Shown here in pieces: positions 1 through 12,461 of a DNA stretch of 64,000 nucleotides. A program made the translations under genes and the position numbers. Below the pieces are notes generated by a model. That model was not told the origin of the DNA and did not search any database. It saw nothing but the letters and a program-made list of their open reading frames with translations. How positions within the stretch are numbered: the stretch's first letter is position 1; each line of letters starts with the position of its first letter. Origin of the DNA: Lophium mytilinum (Eukaryota); NCBI GenBank assembly GCA_010093605.1, contig MU004192.1, positions 1,569,464-1,633,463 on the forward strand. The letters run 5' to 3'.

Positions 1-279
1 AATAATACTAAGGTTAAATAAAGAAAGAGAATTATATACCTATTAATATATATCTATAAGCTAGTAGGCGTATTATTAGATATATAATACGCCTACCCTA
101 TAGATATACTTATTTTTATAGAAGTAGTTATAATAATAAAGTATATATAATTACTACCTATTATAGGCTATTTAAATATACTATAGTATAAAGCTAATAT
201 TTAGATTATAGATAGAAGTTACTAGGCGCTTATTTATAAATAGCTAGCTCTACTAAGTATAGTATATATATAATTTTAG
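1..279. repeat. RIP-degraded AT-rich repeat DNA left of the LTR element
   Basis: Extreme TpA excess, near absence of CpA/TpG, no ORFs; same texture as 8197-8560. Confidence 0.7.
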
Positions 280-536
280 TATAATAGATTACGCTCTATT
301 CTCTAGTTATATATTTATCTATTACCGGCCTTCTACTTTTATACTAGCCTTCTACCTCTATACCTATTATATTACCTAGCGCTACCTATATACTAGCCCG
401 CCTAGCGCCTACGCGCCTCTCTTCTTTATATATATAGCTTCTTTCTAGAGGCCTCTTTTTCTACTTCTTATATAACCTCTTAAATTTAATCTAGTTACTT
501 TATACTACTAAGCTTCTCTATACTATAACTATAATA
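280..536 (+). repeat. 5' LTR
   Basis: Gap-free alignment with 7940-8196 (offset 7660); 21 mismatches by hand count, all transitions. Confidence 0.95.
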
Positions 537-2320
537 TTAGGTTATATTTAATACTCTAACTAGCACTAATTCTTTTTTACTATTACTACTTTAATCTTTA
601 TACCTTAACCCTTAATTTTTATTTACTAAGCTATCTAACTACTTAGTAAGTATATCTATATAACTATATATATAATACTAAAGAGTATATAGCTATACTA
701 TTTTACTTTACTAAGCGCTATTACTATATTCTTTATAATAAGCAATCTACCGCCTCTACTAGGCGTTAGAGCCCTAGCTAATAAAAAACCTAGATATTCT
801 AGGCGTAGTAGCTTATAACCCGCTAGCTACTTTCTACTATTTTATATATAGTTCTATATACCCTTTAAGTCTTCTTATAAGACTCTAAAGAGCGCGCCCC
901 TTTAAAAGCTAACTAAAGAAAATATCTAATAGTCTATCTAATAGTCCACCTAAATAATACGCGTAGATAATACTTAGTAGGCTACTTAAAAGAAAGAGAA
1001 TTAGCTTACTTAAGAGAATTAACTTACTTAAGAGAATTAGCTTACCTAAGATAAAGACGCTACTAAAAATAATAATATTAATAATTCTATATATACCCTA
1101 GACCTAATAGTTTATAGCTCTATTACTAAGTACTATACTTCTAGCTAGGGCTATAACTAGGGCATATTTCTTAATACTATTAATAATATTACTAAATTTC
1201 TAAATTATTTACTTCTACTTAGTAATAAGTAGTTTAATAGCTTAATTAAGATTATAGACTCTTAAGACTTTTTTATATAAGTCTAAGCTAACTCTATTTA
1301 CTTCTTTTATATTCTTAGAAGCTATTAAGCTATAACTAAGATTCTCTAGTAGATATATAAAAATAACTAGAAAGCGTAGTATAACCTTTAAAATAAGATT
1401 AGAGTTCTTAAAGAGAAATATAATAAAAAGAATAATAAATTAAAAGCCGCGTATAAGAAACTTAAATACCTACTTAATATTAAAACTAAACTAGAAGAAT
1501 ATAAAAATAAACTCTATACTTATAAGAAAATAGTAGCTTCTCTTAATAAGACTATTACTTCTCTTAATATAGATATTAAGGCCTAGTAGAAAAACTACTT
1601 TTAAGCTAATAAGTAAGCTATAGAGTAAGGAAAGATTATAGAATACCTTATAACTAACCTTACTTAAGTAGCTAAGAATAAGTATAAATATAATACGCGC
1701 CTTACTACTTTAGAGAATAAAATTAAAATACTATAGATACTTTAGTATACTTCTATACCTACGCCTACTATAGCCTCTATAATATTACCCTCTATAGTGC
1801 CCTAACTATACTACTCTATTATACCTTCTATTAACCCTATTACTATAGTAGCTAAAGACCTGCTTACCTCCCTTAATAGGGTAATTAAGTTAGAAGAAGT
1901 ATAAGCTAATAATAGTCCCTTAGTAGGCTATAATATTAATTACCCTTATTATACTATAGAGTAAATAAGTAATAAAAATTAAGCTTACTATACCTTAGAT
2001 TATATACGCAGTTACTATAACTCTAGCCCGCCCTTATCTAATAATAAAAGCCCCCCTTATTACTATAATTATATATATAGCCTATTTTATTATTATAAGT
2101 ATTACTCTTATTAATACTTATACTTATACTTATACTTATACTTACGCTTTTAATATCTAAGCTATTACTATTACTAAGACCTATATATTAAGATATCTAA
2201 AGATTATTAAAACCTTAGTATTACTCTAAATAGAGTTTCTTATATAGAAGATAAGTTCTAGCCCTATCTAGATAAGTTTAGAGGTAATAAAGATAAGTAC
2301 TCTAAGTTCTATTAGAAATT

Positions 2321-3120
2321 NNNNNNNNNNNNNNNNNNNNNNNNNNNNNNNNNNNNNNNNNNNNNNNNNNNNNNNNNNNNNNNNNNNNNNNNNNNNNNNN
2401 NNNNNNNNNNNNNNNNNNNNNNNNNNNNNNNNNNNNNNNNNNNNNNNNNNNNNNNNNNNNNNNNNNNNNNNNNNNNNNNNNNNNNNNNNNNNNNNNNNNN
2501 NNNNNNNNNNNNNNNNNNNNNNNNNNNNNNNNNNNNNNNNNNNNNNNNNNNNNNNNNNNNNNNNNNNNNNNNNNNNNNNNNNNNNNNNNNNNNNNNNNNN
2601 NNNNNNNNNNNNNNNNNNNNNNNNNNNNNNNNNNNNNNNNNNNNNNNNNNNNNNNNNNNNNNNNNNNNNNNNNNNNNNNNNNNNNNNNNNNNNNNNNNNN
2701 NNNNNNNNNNNNNNNNNNNNNNNNNNNNNNNNNNNNNNNNNNNNNNNNNNNNNNNNNNNNNNNNNNNNNNNNNNNNNNNNNNNNNNNNNNNNNNNNNNNN
2801 NNNNNNNNNNNNNNNNNNNNNNNNNNNNNNNNNNNNNNNNNNNNNNNNNNNNNNNNNNNNNNNNNNNNNNNNNNNNNNNNNNNNNNNNNNNNNNNNNNNN
2901 NNNNNNNNNNNNNNNNNNNNNNNNNNNNNNNNNNNNNNNNNNNNNNNNNNNNNNNNNNNNNNNNNNNNNNNNNNNNNNNNNNNNNNNNNNNNNNNNNNNN
3001 NNNNNNNNNNNNNNNNNNNNNNNNNNNNNNNNNNNNNNNNNNNNNNNNNNNNNNNNNNNNNNNNNNNNNNNNNNNNNNNNNNNNNNNNNNNNNNNNNNNN
3101 NNNNNNNNNNNNNNNNNNNN
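2321..3120. other. Assembly gap (800 N) inside the retrotransposon gag/protease region
   Basis: Run of N. Confidence 1.
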
Positions 3121-3299
3121 AGAACTTAGTTATAGAGAATCTTTAGTATAGAAGGCTTATTATTTTAGTAGCCTCTCTTAGTAAAGCTTAATAGAAACTA
3201 TTTTAAAATAAAGATAGAGGATTTAATATTAAATAGGTAAATAATATAGTTCTTTTAGTAATAGTATAAACCTATAAGAAAGAATAACCTATAGAAATA

Positions 3300-6200
3300 A
3301 TAAAAATTAATTCTTATTTTAATTATAGAGCTACTAATCTATTTACTAGTACTAAGTTTGCGCACCTAGTAAATTTACCCCTAAAACCCCTTAAGAAAGC
3401 TAGAGTTCTTAAACTAGCTAATAGATTAGCTATTACTTAAAAAGTAATATATAAAGCCCTTCTTAGTATAAATATAAATAGCTACTAGAGCTATTACTAG
3501 ACTTATATTACTAATCTAGAAGACTATAATATTATTATAGGCCTTAACTAGCTCTAAGAATATAATCTAGCTATTAACTAGAAAGTAGAATAACTAGACT
3601 TTATATACTCTTACTATAAGCCCTATAAGAATTGCATATACTACTTTAACTATAACTCTATTACTATATAGGCTAATAGTATGCGCTCTAAAAATATACC
3701 TAATAAATATATAAACTATAACTCTACTAACTAGAGACCTATTAGTATAGATATATATATATATATAGCCTCTATTACTAAGTATAAAAGATAGTAACTT
3801 AAATAAATTCCTTATTATATCCTTAAAACCCTAGAAAATAAAAATAAGAACTTTATTATTACTTATAATAGCTTATAAGTTATTATATTTTAAATAGGTA
3901 ATAATATTCTACTAAAAGCCTATAAGATCTCTACTAAAGATATTAAAAAATTTATGCGCGTTAAGAAATACCTCTTCTATAAGAAGATAGTTTAATAACT
4001 ACCTAAATAACTACGCCGCTATATCTATATTTTTAACTAAGTAGAAGTAAATATACTTCCCCCTTATTAACTAGAAATTAATTATAAAATTAACCTTATT
4101 TCTAGCGCTAATAAACTACCTAAAGCCCGTCTATACACTATATTTAAAGAAGAGCTTAAAGTTATTAAGAAATAGATTAATAATAACTTTAATAAAGGAT
4201 TTATTTATAAATTATAGTTATCTACATCCTCTTCTATACTTCTTATCTAGAAACTAGGTAGTAGAGTCTAATTTTATATTAACTATAGAGCTATTAATAT
4301 AATAATAATTAAAACTTAATATCTATTACTATTAGTCTAGAAAACCCTCTAAAAGCTTAGTAATACTAAATAGTACTCTAAACTAGATATTATATCTATA
4401 TTTAATTATATCTAAATATATAAGAAAGATAAAGGCCTTATAGCCTTCTCTACTTACTAGAGCTAATATAAATTACTTATTATGCTATTTAGTGTTATAG
4501 GGGGGCTAGGCCGCTTCTAATTCTATATTAATTAAATACTATATAACTACCTTAATAACTTCTATTCTATCTATATAGATAATATATTAGTTTATATAAA
4601 TAGTACTAAAGAATAATATAAGAAGTATATTACTAAAGTTCTTAAATAACTTAATAAAGCCGGCCTTAACTATAATTTCGCTAAGTATAAATTTAATAAA
4701 ATAGAAATTAAATACCTAGGCCTTATTATTATAATAGGCGGTGTAAGAATAGACCCTAAGAAAGTCGCCGCTATTATTAACTAGATAATACTAATATGTC
4801 TACGTAATATATAGGCGTTTCTAGAATTTACTAACTTCTATTAATATTTTATATACGCGTTCTTCTATATTATTAGCCTACTTATATCTATAATAAAAAC
4901 TATAGATAGTAAAAAGACTAAGCTAAAAGCGTAGTTTACTTAGAATAATAAATGCGACGCCGCTTTCTAAGTACTTAAGACGGCGTTTACTATAGCACCT
5001 ATTCTTTACTACTTTTAATATAGTAAGAAGGTCTATATTAAAACTAATGCTTTAAACTATATTACTACTAGTATTATATTATAAAAAGGTAAAGATAGCT
5101 TACTCTATTCTATTACCTTCTTCTTCTTTAAAATAAACCTCTAGAAATATAATTATAAAATCTATAATAAAGAGTTACTTACTATTATTAAAGCCTTTAA
5201 AGAATAGAGGCCTAAATTAGCTAGCGCTAATTTAGATAATTCTACTAATATACTTATAGATTATTATAATCTAGAATACTTTATATTTATAAAATACCTT
5301 AACCGCCGCTAGACCTATTAGGCCGGTTTCCTTACTAGGTTTAATTTTAAAATTATCTATTAACTAGGTATTTTAGAAAGGAAACTAAATAGCTTTATAA
5401 GATATTTATAAGATCTTTCTATAGATCTAAATAATTCTTACTATTAATTTTAATACTAAATAGTTCTTAAATCTTATAACCTAGGAGATAGAGTAGTACC
5501 TTATTTACTAGATATTCTAATAAGCTTACCTAATAATAGCCTAGGCCGCACGCTAAATCTAATTAGGCTAGTGCCTTACTATAAAGAGTTAGACCTATTA
5601 ATAGCTATAGAGTTACTACTATTAAAGATATACTCTTAATTTCTTCTTATATCTATATAACTGCGTAGCTACGCGCGTAATAATAATATTAACTCTAACC
5701 TTAACTCTAACTCTAACTCTAACTTTAACTCTAACTCTAACCCTTCTTTTATAGTTAAACTACTCTAGATAAATAATAATAACCTCTATATAGACTTTAA
5801 TTTAATCTATTAGTATATACTTACTAAGCTATTTAATAAAGGCTACTTTAGCCTACTATAGAACTTATAAGACCCGCCCTTTAACTCTATACTCTATAAA
5901 CTTATTACGCTTATATATAATAGTAAACGCGCACTTTCTTAATTACTATATAATATAGTTAGTAACCTAAATATCTTAGAATTTAAAGTCTACTATAATT
6001 AACTATATTACTATAGCTAATTATATATACCTATATATAATAATTTACGCCTTAAGCTTTTATAGCTTATCTATAATACTACTATTAGCGGGCACCTAGG
6101 AAAATATAGTATATATAAACTTATCTAATATTACTACTTCTAGCTAGGTATATATAATTTAGTTAAGAACTATACTAGCGCCTACTATAGTTATAAATAA

Positions 6201-7430
6201 TTAAAGGCCTTCTATAATAAGAAATAAGACCTTCTATACTTACTTAATATATTAGAATAGCGTTAAACTAATATTACTATAGACTTTATTATAGAGCTTT
6301 CTCTCTATAAGCGTAATAGATAAGTCTATACTAAGATTCTTATTATTATCTACTGCGCTAGTAAAGAATATTACTATATTTCTATAAGCGGCACCTCTAT
6401 CTATAATATTATTAATATATTTCTCTATAAAATCTACTATCTCTATAGCCTTCTCTATATTATTATTAGTAATTATAATCTATATTTTATTTTAGATATT
6501 TAGAAATAAGTTTATAAGCGCCTTAGTATCTACTAGAATATTTCTATAGTAGCGTACCCTAAGACTAATAGCTAAACTAAAAATATAAATACTATTATAA
6601 AGGCTTATCTTAGGCAATTTATTAACTACCGCTAAAATAATTAGGTTAATTATTTACCTATTAGTAAATTTTTAGTAAATAACTAAGTTAATACCTCTAC
6701 TATAATAATGCTATTTTTTATTAATAAGGGTTTTTACCTGCGCTCTAGCCTTAAGCCTCTACCTAGTATTATAAATAATATCTAACCCGCGCCTTAACCT
6801 CTATCTATACTAGACCTTAGTAATAATACTACTATTTACCGCCGGTAGCTTTAAGGTAATAAATATATTAACTAGATAAAAAAGATTCTAAATAAATATA
6901 AGGCTATAATAATATAGGTATAAACTAAGTAAGTAGACTATATAAACTAATACTATAACTCTCTACTAAAGCTTTAAGTTAATAACTAGATCTAGCTTAA
7001 CGCCTATAATATAAAGACTATATAACTAAATAAGTTACTTAATTATAAGAACCTAGGTCCTTTCTATATTAGTAAGATTATTAATAATAGTTACGCCTTT
7101 TAACTTAATTTTATAAATATAAGCCTTAAAGAATCTTAAATATATTTTATCTTCTATCTATACCTTCTCTATCTATATAGGTTCTATCTACTACTAGACT
7201 AATACTAGCTACTACTATCTTCTATTTAGGTAATTAATTCTATTACCTCTAAATTAGTTAAATAACACGCAATTACGCGTATTATTAATAGCCGCTAGCG
7301 CGGCTGCGGGCTAAAAAAACGCCGCTACTTTAAATATAAAGGACTCTATAAAGAATACTCTATACTATAGAAATAGTAACTATAGAGATAGTTTATACCT
7401 AAAGCTATAGATCTAATTAGTAAATTCTAT
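3300..7430 (+). pseudogene. RIP-mutated pol relic (protease, RT, RNase H, integrase, probable chromodomain)
   Basis: Motifs recoverable by reversing G>A/C>T changes: YIDNILVY at 4572 (RT YxDD), IKTNAL/ETDAS at ~5040, NYKIYNKELL/NYEIYDKELL at ~5150 (RNase H), AGHLG at ~6088, ITIDFI at ~6274, YPKTNS*TK/HPETDGQTE at ~6555 (integrase), KNLGPF at ~7048 (GPY/F). Many stop codons. The chromodomain at ~7260-7430 is less certain. Confidence 0.9.
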
Positions 7431-7925
7431 AACCTTAACTCTAATACTAATAGCCCCTATTTAGACTTTAAACTAAATAATAATTAGCGCGCGCGCCTTG
7501 CTAATAATAATAACCTTAATAATAATAACCTTATTACTAACTAATTATAATTATAATTACTTTATACTAACCTATATTCTTATTTATATATAATTATCTT
7601 ACTATACCTCTATACTATAATTAATAGCCTTATATAGTTTATTGCAACTTTATATATAATAACTATAATAAGATTAGAATTCTTAGCCGCATAAAGTAGG
7701 CTAAGCTATTATAATAGAAAAGCCCTTATAAGTAATACCTTAAGTATACTAGCTTCTTATATATTAGTATATAATTAATAATTAGCTAAACTATACTATA
7801 TAATTTTACTACCTAACTAGCCTAATAATCTAATAACTATTTATACTCTTATAATTTAAACCTAGCATAACTTAGATACTCTTTTCTTTTTTCTTTTTTC
7901 TTTTATTTTTACTTCTAGTATTTTT

Positions 7926-7936
7926 AAACGGGGGGG
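7926..7936 (+). other. Polypurine tract of the LTR element
   Basis: AAACGGGGGGG ending 3 nt before the 3' LTR start. Confidence 0.8.
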
Positions 7937-7939
7937 TAG

Positions 7940-8196
7940 TATAATAAATTATACTCTATTCTCTAGTTATATATTTATCTATTACTAGCCTTCTATCTCT
8001 ATACTAGCCTTCTACCTCTATATCTATTATATTACCTAGCGCTATCTATATACTAGCCCGCCTAGTATCTATATATCTCTCTTCTCTATATATATAGCTT
8101 CTTTCTAGAGGCCTCTCTTTCTACTTCTTATATAACCTCTTAAATTTAATCTAGTTACCTTATACTACTAAGCTTCTCTATACTATAACTATAATA
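7940..8196 (+). repeat. 3' LTR
   Basis: Copy of 280-536. Confidence 0.95.
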
Positions 8197-8560
8197 CTTA
8201 GAGAAGATAGTATATATAGTAGATATCTACTCTCTAAATATTTAAGTCCTTTTAAAGTACTATTAGGGCGCTATTTAAAGTAACCTTATAAATTTTATAA
8301 TAGTATAAGTATTATATTCTTATATATAATAGGCTTAAAAGCCTTTAAAGGGAATAAAACTATAAGTATTTAAATATAATATAATAAATATTAGATAATA
8401 TTATAAGAAATATTTTATAATATATTTAATACTATATATATATAACTCTATTACTATTAATATAGAATAGAACTTAAGTAATATAATTTCTATCTTTATA
8501 TCTATCTATCTATTCTTATATTAACTCTATACCTTTAATAAACCTTTAGTGTCTAGACTA
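8197..8560. repeat. RIP-degraded AT-rich repeat DNA right of the LTR element
   Basis: TpA-rich and CpA-poor; composition normalises between ~8560 and 8950. Confidence 0.7.
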
Positions 8561-9119
8561 ATTATATAAGTGCGGGAATTCTATATTATTGTAATTCCTT
8601 AGAATTAGATGCTCTTTTGCTTGCGTCTAAGCATGGGATATACGCAGAATTAGCTCCTGCATTGCGTTGCTGTACAGATGCTGCTGGCACGGTGTCATTT
8701 TAGCATTAGGAAACACGGTATAGTGTAGAGGGCGGAGGTTTTGTCTAAACACTAAACCACAGCAAGCGGTTTCTTCTTGTAAACTAGACTAGATAGGACA
8801 GCTGCGTAGACTATAACGCGAGATACTCTAGCAAAATAGGATTAAATTGTAAAGATAATGATATTGATATATCTACTAGTAAATATATTAGTTAGCTCTT
8901 AGAAGCTATTACAATAGTATGCGACCATAGTAAGTAGTAGTTTTAAGCATTATTGCAAACCTAAAGGGACGAACATTTGTCCTGTCCTGGAAACTTCACT
9001 GATATTCATCTTGTATCAACTATCCAACGGCATATCCTGCCAAATAAGAACGCCAGTAAATGCTGATGCTGCTATCTAAAATGGTAAAGGAGATATCATG
9101 TTATCACTAACCCGCCAAT

Positions 9120-11827
9120 TCAATGGCCTACCCCACCGGCAGCCCAATTCAAGAACTCGGGATCATTACGTTGAGGAAACACGCCCTGATCGTTGGGCTG
9201 CTCTTGATGTGCGTTGTCGGCTTGGCCTTGTGCTTGCTGTTGCTGTTCTTGTAGTCTCCTCGCCTCAGCCCTCCGTTGCCTCTGAGCTCGATAATATACA
9301 AGAAATGCGAGAGCAGCAGTAAGAGTGAGAATGATCACGCTTTCAATCAGGTCTGACTCAATGTCCTCGTAATAGTCGTCGTCGCCGCCAGGCATGGGGT
9401 CGTTACTGGCGTCGTAGTCGTCACGCTCCATAGTATCCCAGCCAGCGCCCTCCGCTTCGAGAAAATTGCTGATGAATTCTGAAAGAGACCACTCCTTCTT
9501 TGGAACTATGGAATCTTGTAAGAGGACGCAAGAATCAGAATCAGGCGCTTATATTGACTTACCTGGCTCATCTTGGATAGAATTGACACGCCCATTCGTG
9601 ATTGTGTTCCACCAGCTTCGCAATCGCAGTTTGTAGAGTGATAGGAGCACGGGAAGATATGCCTCCTTCGGGTTCGTTTCAAGAGCTTGGTCATAAAACC
9701 TTTTTGCCAGATGAAAGTCCTGTTCGATTCCAATACCATTTTCGTGCATCCAGCCTAGGTTCCACATGGCCTGCGCACTTTGGAGCGTCTCAGCTGCCGC
9801 TAAATAGCAAGCGGCAGCCTTTTCTTGATCCAGAGAAGTTCCCATCCCTTCGAGGTAATAGTCTCCCATCTTGACCATAGAATCAATATTCTGCTGCTTC
9901 GCAGACCGGGTCCAGTAGATCAGGGCAAGTGCAGCATCGCTGACTAGGGACGCCTTCCGTCGGATGAATGGAATGAAAGACGCGAATTGTATCGTGAATT
10001 TCGGTTTCGACTGGTCGAGGAGGTAAGCGACGTTGGCCTGGCCCGTTTCGAAGCCTTGCTCAGCTGCCATCATGTAATCCACTAGAGCAGTCTCTAGTAG
10101 TCCGTCCTCATACGCTTCATTTGCCTCCTGAAAAGAGGAAAGAATGATCTCGGCCTTTTCTGCAACGATCTTGTAGTACGCTGCCGCAACGCCACAAGAC
10201 TTCTCACGTTCAACCCCTTGGTGACTGAGTTCGGCTAGGTAGTAGAACGCCTCGATGTGGCCATTCCGCGCTGCGAGATCAAAGTACTTGATTGCTACAG
10301 GAACGTCACCCTGGTCGAGAAACAGAGCACCGAGCCTGACTTGTGCTACCGCAAGATCTTGATCAGCAGCAGCAGCAAAGTAGTCTGCCGCCTTGACAGG
10401 ATCCTTGGAAACTCCGAGGCCATTAAGGTACATCAACCCCATGGAATACTGTGACAACGAATCGCCATTTGAGATTCCGCGTTTGAACCATGTCTGGGCG
10501 ATGGAAAAACTTTGATCGATGCCTTCGCCGCGAAGGAACATCCGGCCGAGATAGCCGGCAGCTTTGGAAGCAAGCTTTTCGGTGTGGCCCGGGACATCGC
10601 TTTTCGTTCTCCCGTCTCTTGTCCAGTACATTCGAGCTAGTTCTAAGAAGCGCTTCTTGGCCTGGCCGAAGTCCCGTTTGAAAGCTCTGGAGCCATCGTA
10701 GTGAAGTCGTGCAAGGTTGTAAGTGGCCTTGGGGTCTCCCTTCCTAGCCATCAAATCCAGATACTCGAGAACATCGTCAACAGAGGCGTGAACGTCGGAA
10801 CTTGGCCCCCCTGATTTGGCGTACTGACCGGAGCTGCTGACGCTGGCTCCTTCGCCATATACCCCGCCTACATCGTCTGCAATTCGGTAGGATTCTTTGA
10901 TCATGGAAAAGCCACCTGGAGGGCCAGATTTCATATGTGCAATTGCTTTATCTGCGACCTTCTTATAATGGAAGACAGCCTCCTCGCAATTTCTAGGGGT
11001 CGCGATTCCAATATAGTGGCGGTATGCTACGGTCATCTCCGACCGGATGTCTCCTGATTCTGCTGCTAGGGTATGGTATAGCAATGCTTTAGCTTGGTCC
11101 TGCTTCACGGCACCACCTATGCCAGTCGCATACATGAAGCCGACCATGTTCTGTGCCGAAGAATTGCCATTCAGCGTAGCGAGCTTGTGATATCGTTGGA
11201 AAGCCTCCGAGTAGTTTCGCGGATGCGTAAAGTTGCCATAGAAGTTCATCTCCGCTAGTAGGAAAAGGGCGTCCGGGTTTTGCTCCGCTGCTGCTTCCTC
11301 GAGGAGCGTGACGGCCTGCGCCAGAGGCTGACCTAGTCTCTTGCCCTGCGGTTTCGACGTGACAAGATCCGGCTGTGGGGGACTATTCATGAAGAGGAGG
11401 AAAAAGAGCTCCTTGGCATAGTAGGTGGTAGTCCCAAGTATTCCTGCGGGCCTGCTGAGCCGCGACATTCGGCTGGTAGAGGAGCGGATCTTGCGCAGGA
11501 TGGAAGTGGCCTCTTCGACAGCATGGGCAGCAACGGCACCTGAGTGGAGTTGAGCATCTTGACCATCTGAGAATGAGGGTGTTTGCGGACCTCGAACTTC
11601 ATCATGATGCTGTGGTTTTCCCCAATGGTGTGATGACGACACACGCTGTCCCAGTGGTTGCTGTTTGGCGTGCGCTTGGTCGTGTAATCGGTATTGGGCA
11701 GACGTAAGGGCAAGGTATAGGAAGAGGGCGACTGGGTGGAACAGGTTGTTAGATATGAGTAGCTGTAGACACGCGGAGAGCACATACAGAGGAGGAGCGG
11801 CACGCGCCGCGGCGATTGGAGCTTCAT
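9120..11827 (-). CDS. HRD3: ERAD ubiquitin-ligase subunit Hrd3/SEL1L (Sel1-repeat membrane protein)
   Basis: Exons 11827-11788, 11731-9563, 9505-9120 with canonical introns. Spliced N-terminus MKLQSPRRVPLLLFALFLYLALTSA is signal-peptide-like. Multiple Sel1 repeats (AQNMVGFMYATGIG, AMWNLGWMHENGIG), C-terminal TM and WAAGGVGH tail. Confidence 0.9.
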
Positions 11828-12461
11828 AACGGCTTGCGCTCGTCGATGCAGCCAGCGATGGGGGGAGCAATCATCCCGAGACTGCGCGAAGGATAGGCCT
11901 GGAAGCTGAGGACAGATGTCGCGGCCCTGATGAATGCGACAAGAGCGTTGTGGCGGGTCGAAGAAGCCACTTTGTTCACTCGGCAAACCGCAGGTGAGCT
12001 CCCAGCATCCTTGCCCGCCGCTGTCACGTTACTCCTACTCTCTATAGGCATATAACTCGAAGAGCATAGTGGTTGTTCTATCGCAGTAGTACCATGCTAT
12101 GTAACATGCTGCTGGACAGATGGTCAGGAAGTCGGAATCGGCGCTGATGGCCTGGGACATTCCCATTCTAATCCCCTTGAGCTCAGCAACATTAAAGCTA
12201 CCAGTCATGGACCTGTCATCAAGGCGGCCCTGGATTCGTCCGTTAGAACGCCGCCGCGACTCGCGACAGACGCGAAAGTGGGAGCCTCTGAATCTAGCTC
12301 GATTTATAATCATCCACGACACATCCAACCTCTAGGTGACTTTCTTTGACGAATTTGATGTTCTTCTAGTTAGTTGCTCTCCAAGGCGAACTTTCTACGG
12401 TATATCTCATTGAAGGATTTCCTTGTACTGCGTTTCTTCTCTCATCTCCAAATTATCAAGT

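Larger units (their letters stand above)
280..8196 (+). mobile_element. Full-length Ty3/gypsy LTR retrotransposon (chromovirus-like), inactivated by RIP
   Basis: Direct 257-bp LTRs bounded by TATAATA (RIPed TG..CA). Target-site duplication TTTAG (275-279)/CTTAG (8197-8201). G-run PPT before the 3' LTR. Relict protease-RT-RNaseH-integrase order is the gypsy order. Confidence 0.95.

Noticed and set aside
2113..2148. (TATACT)n hexamer run
   Set aside because: Low-complexity RIPed repeat in the gag region; no independent meaning evident.
5690..5743. (AACTCT)n hexamer array resembling telomeric CCCTAA repeats
   Set aside because: Lies inside pol between RNase H and integrase; better explained as a RIPed (GACTCT)n Asp-Ser coding repeat (TG>TA).
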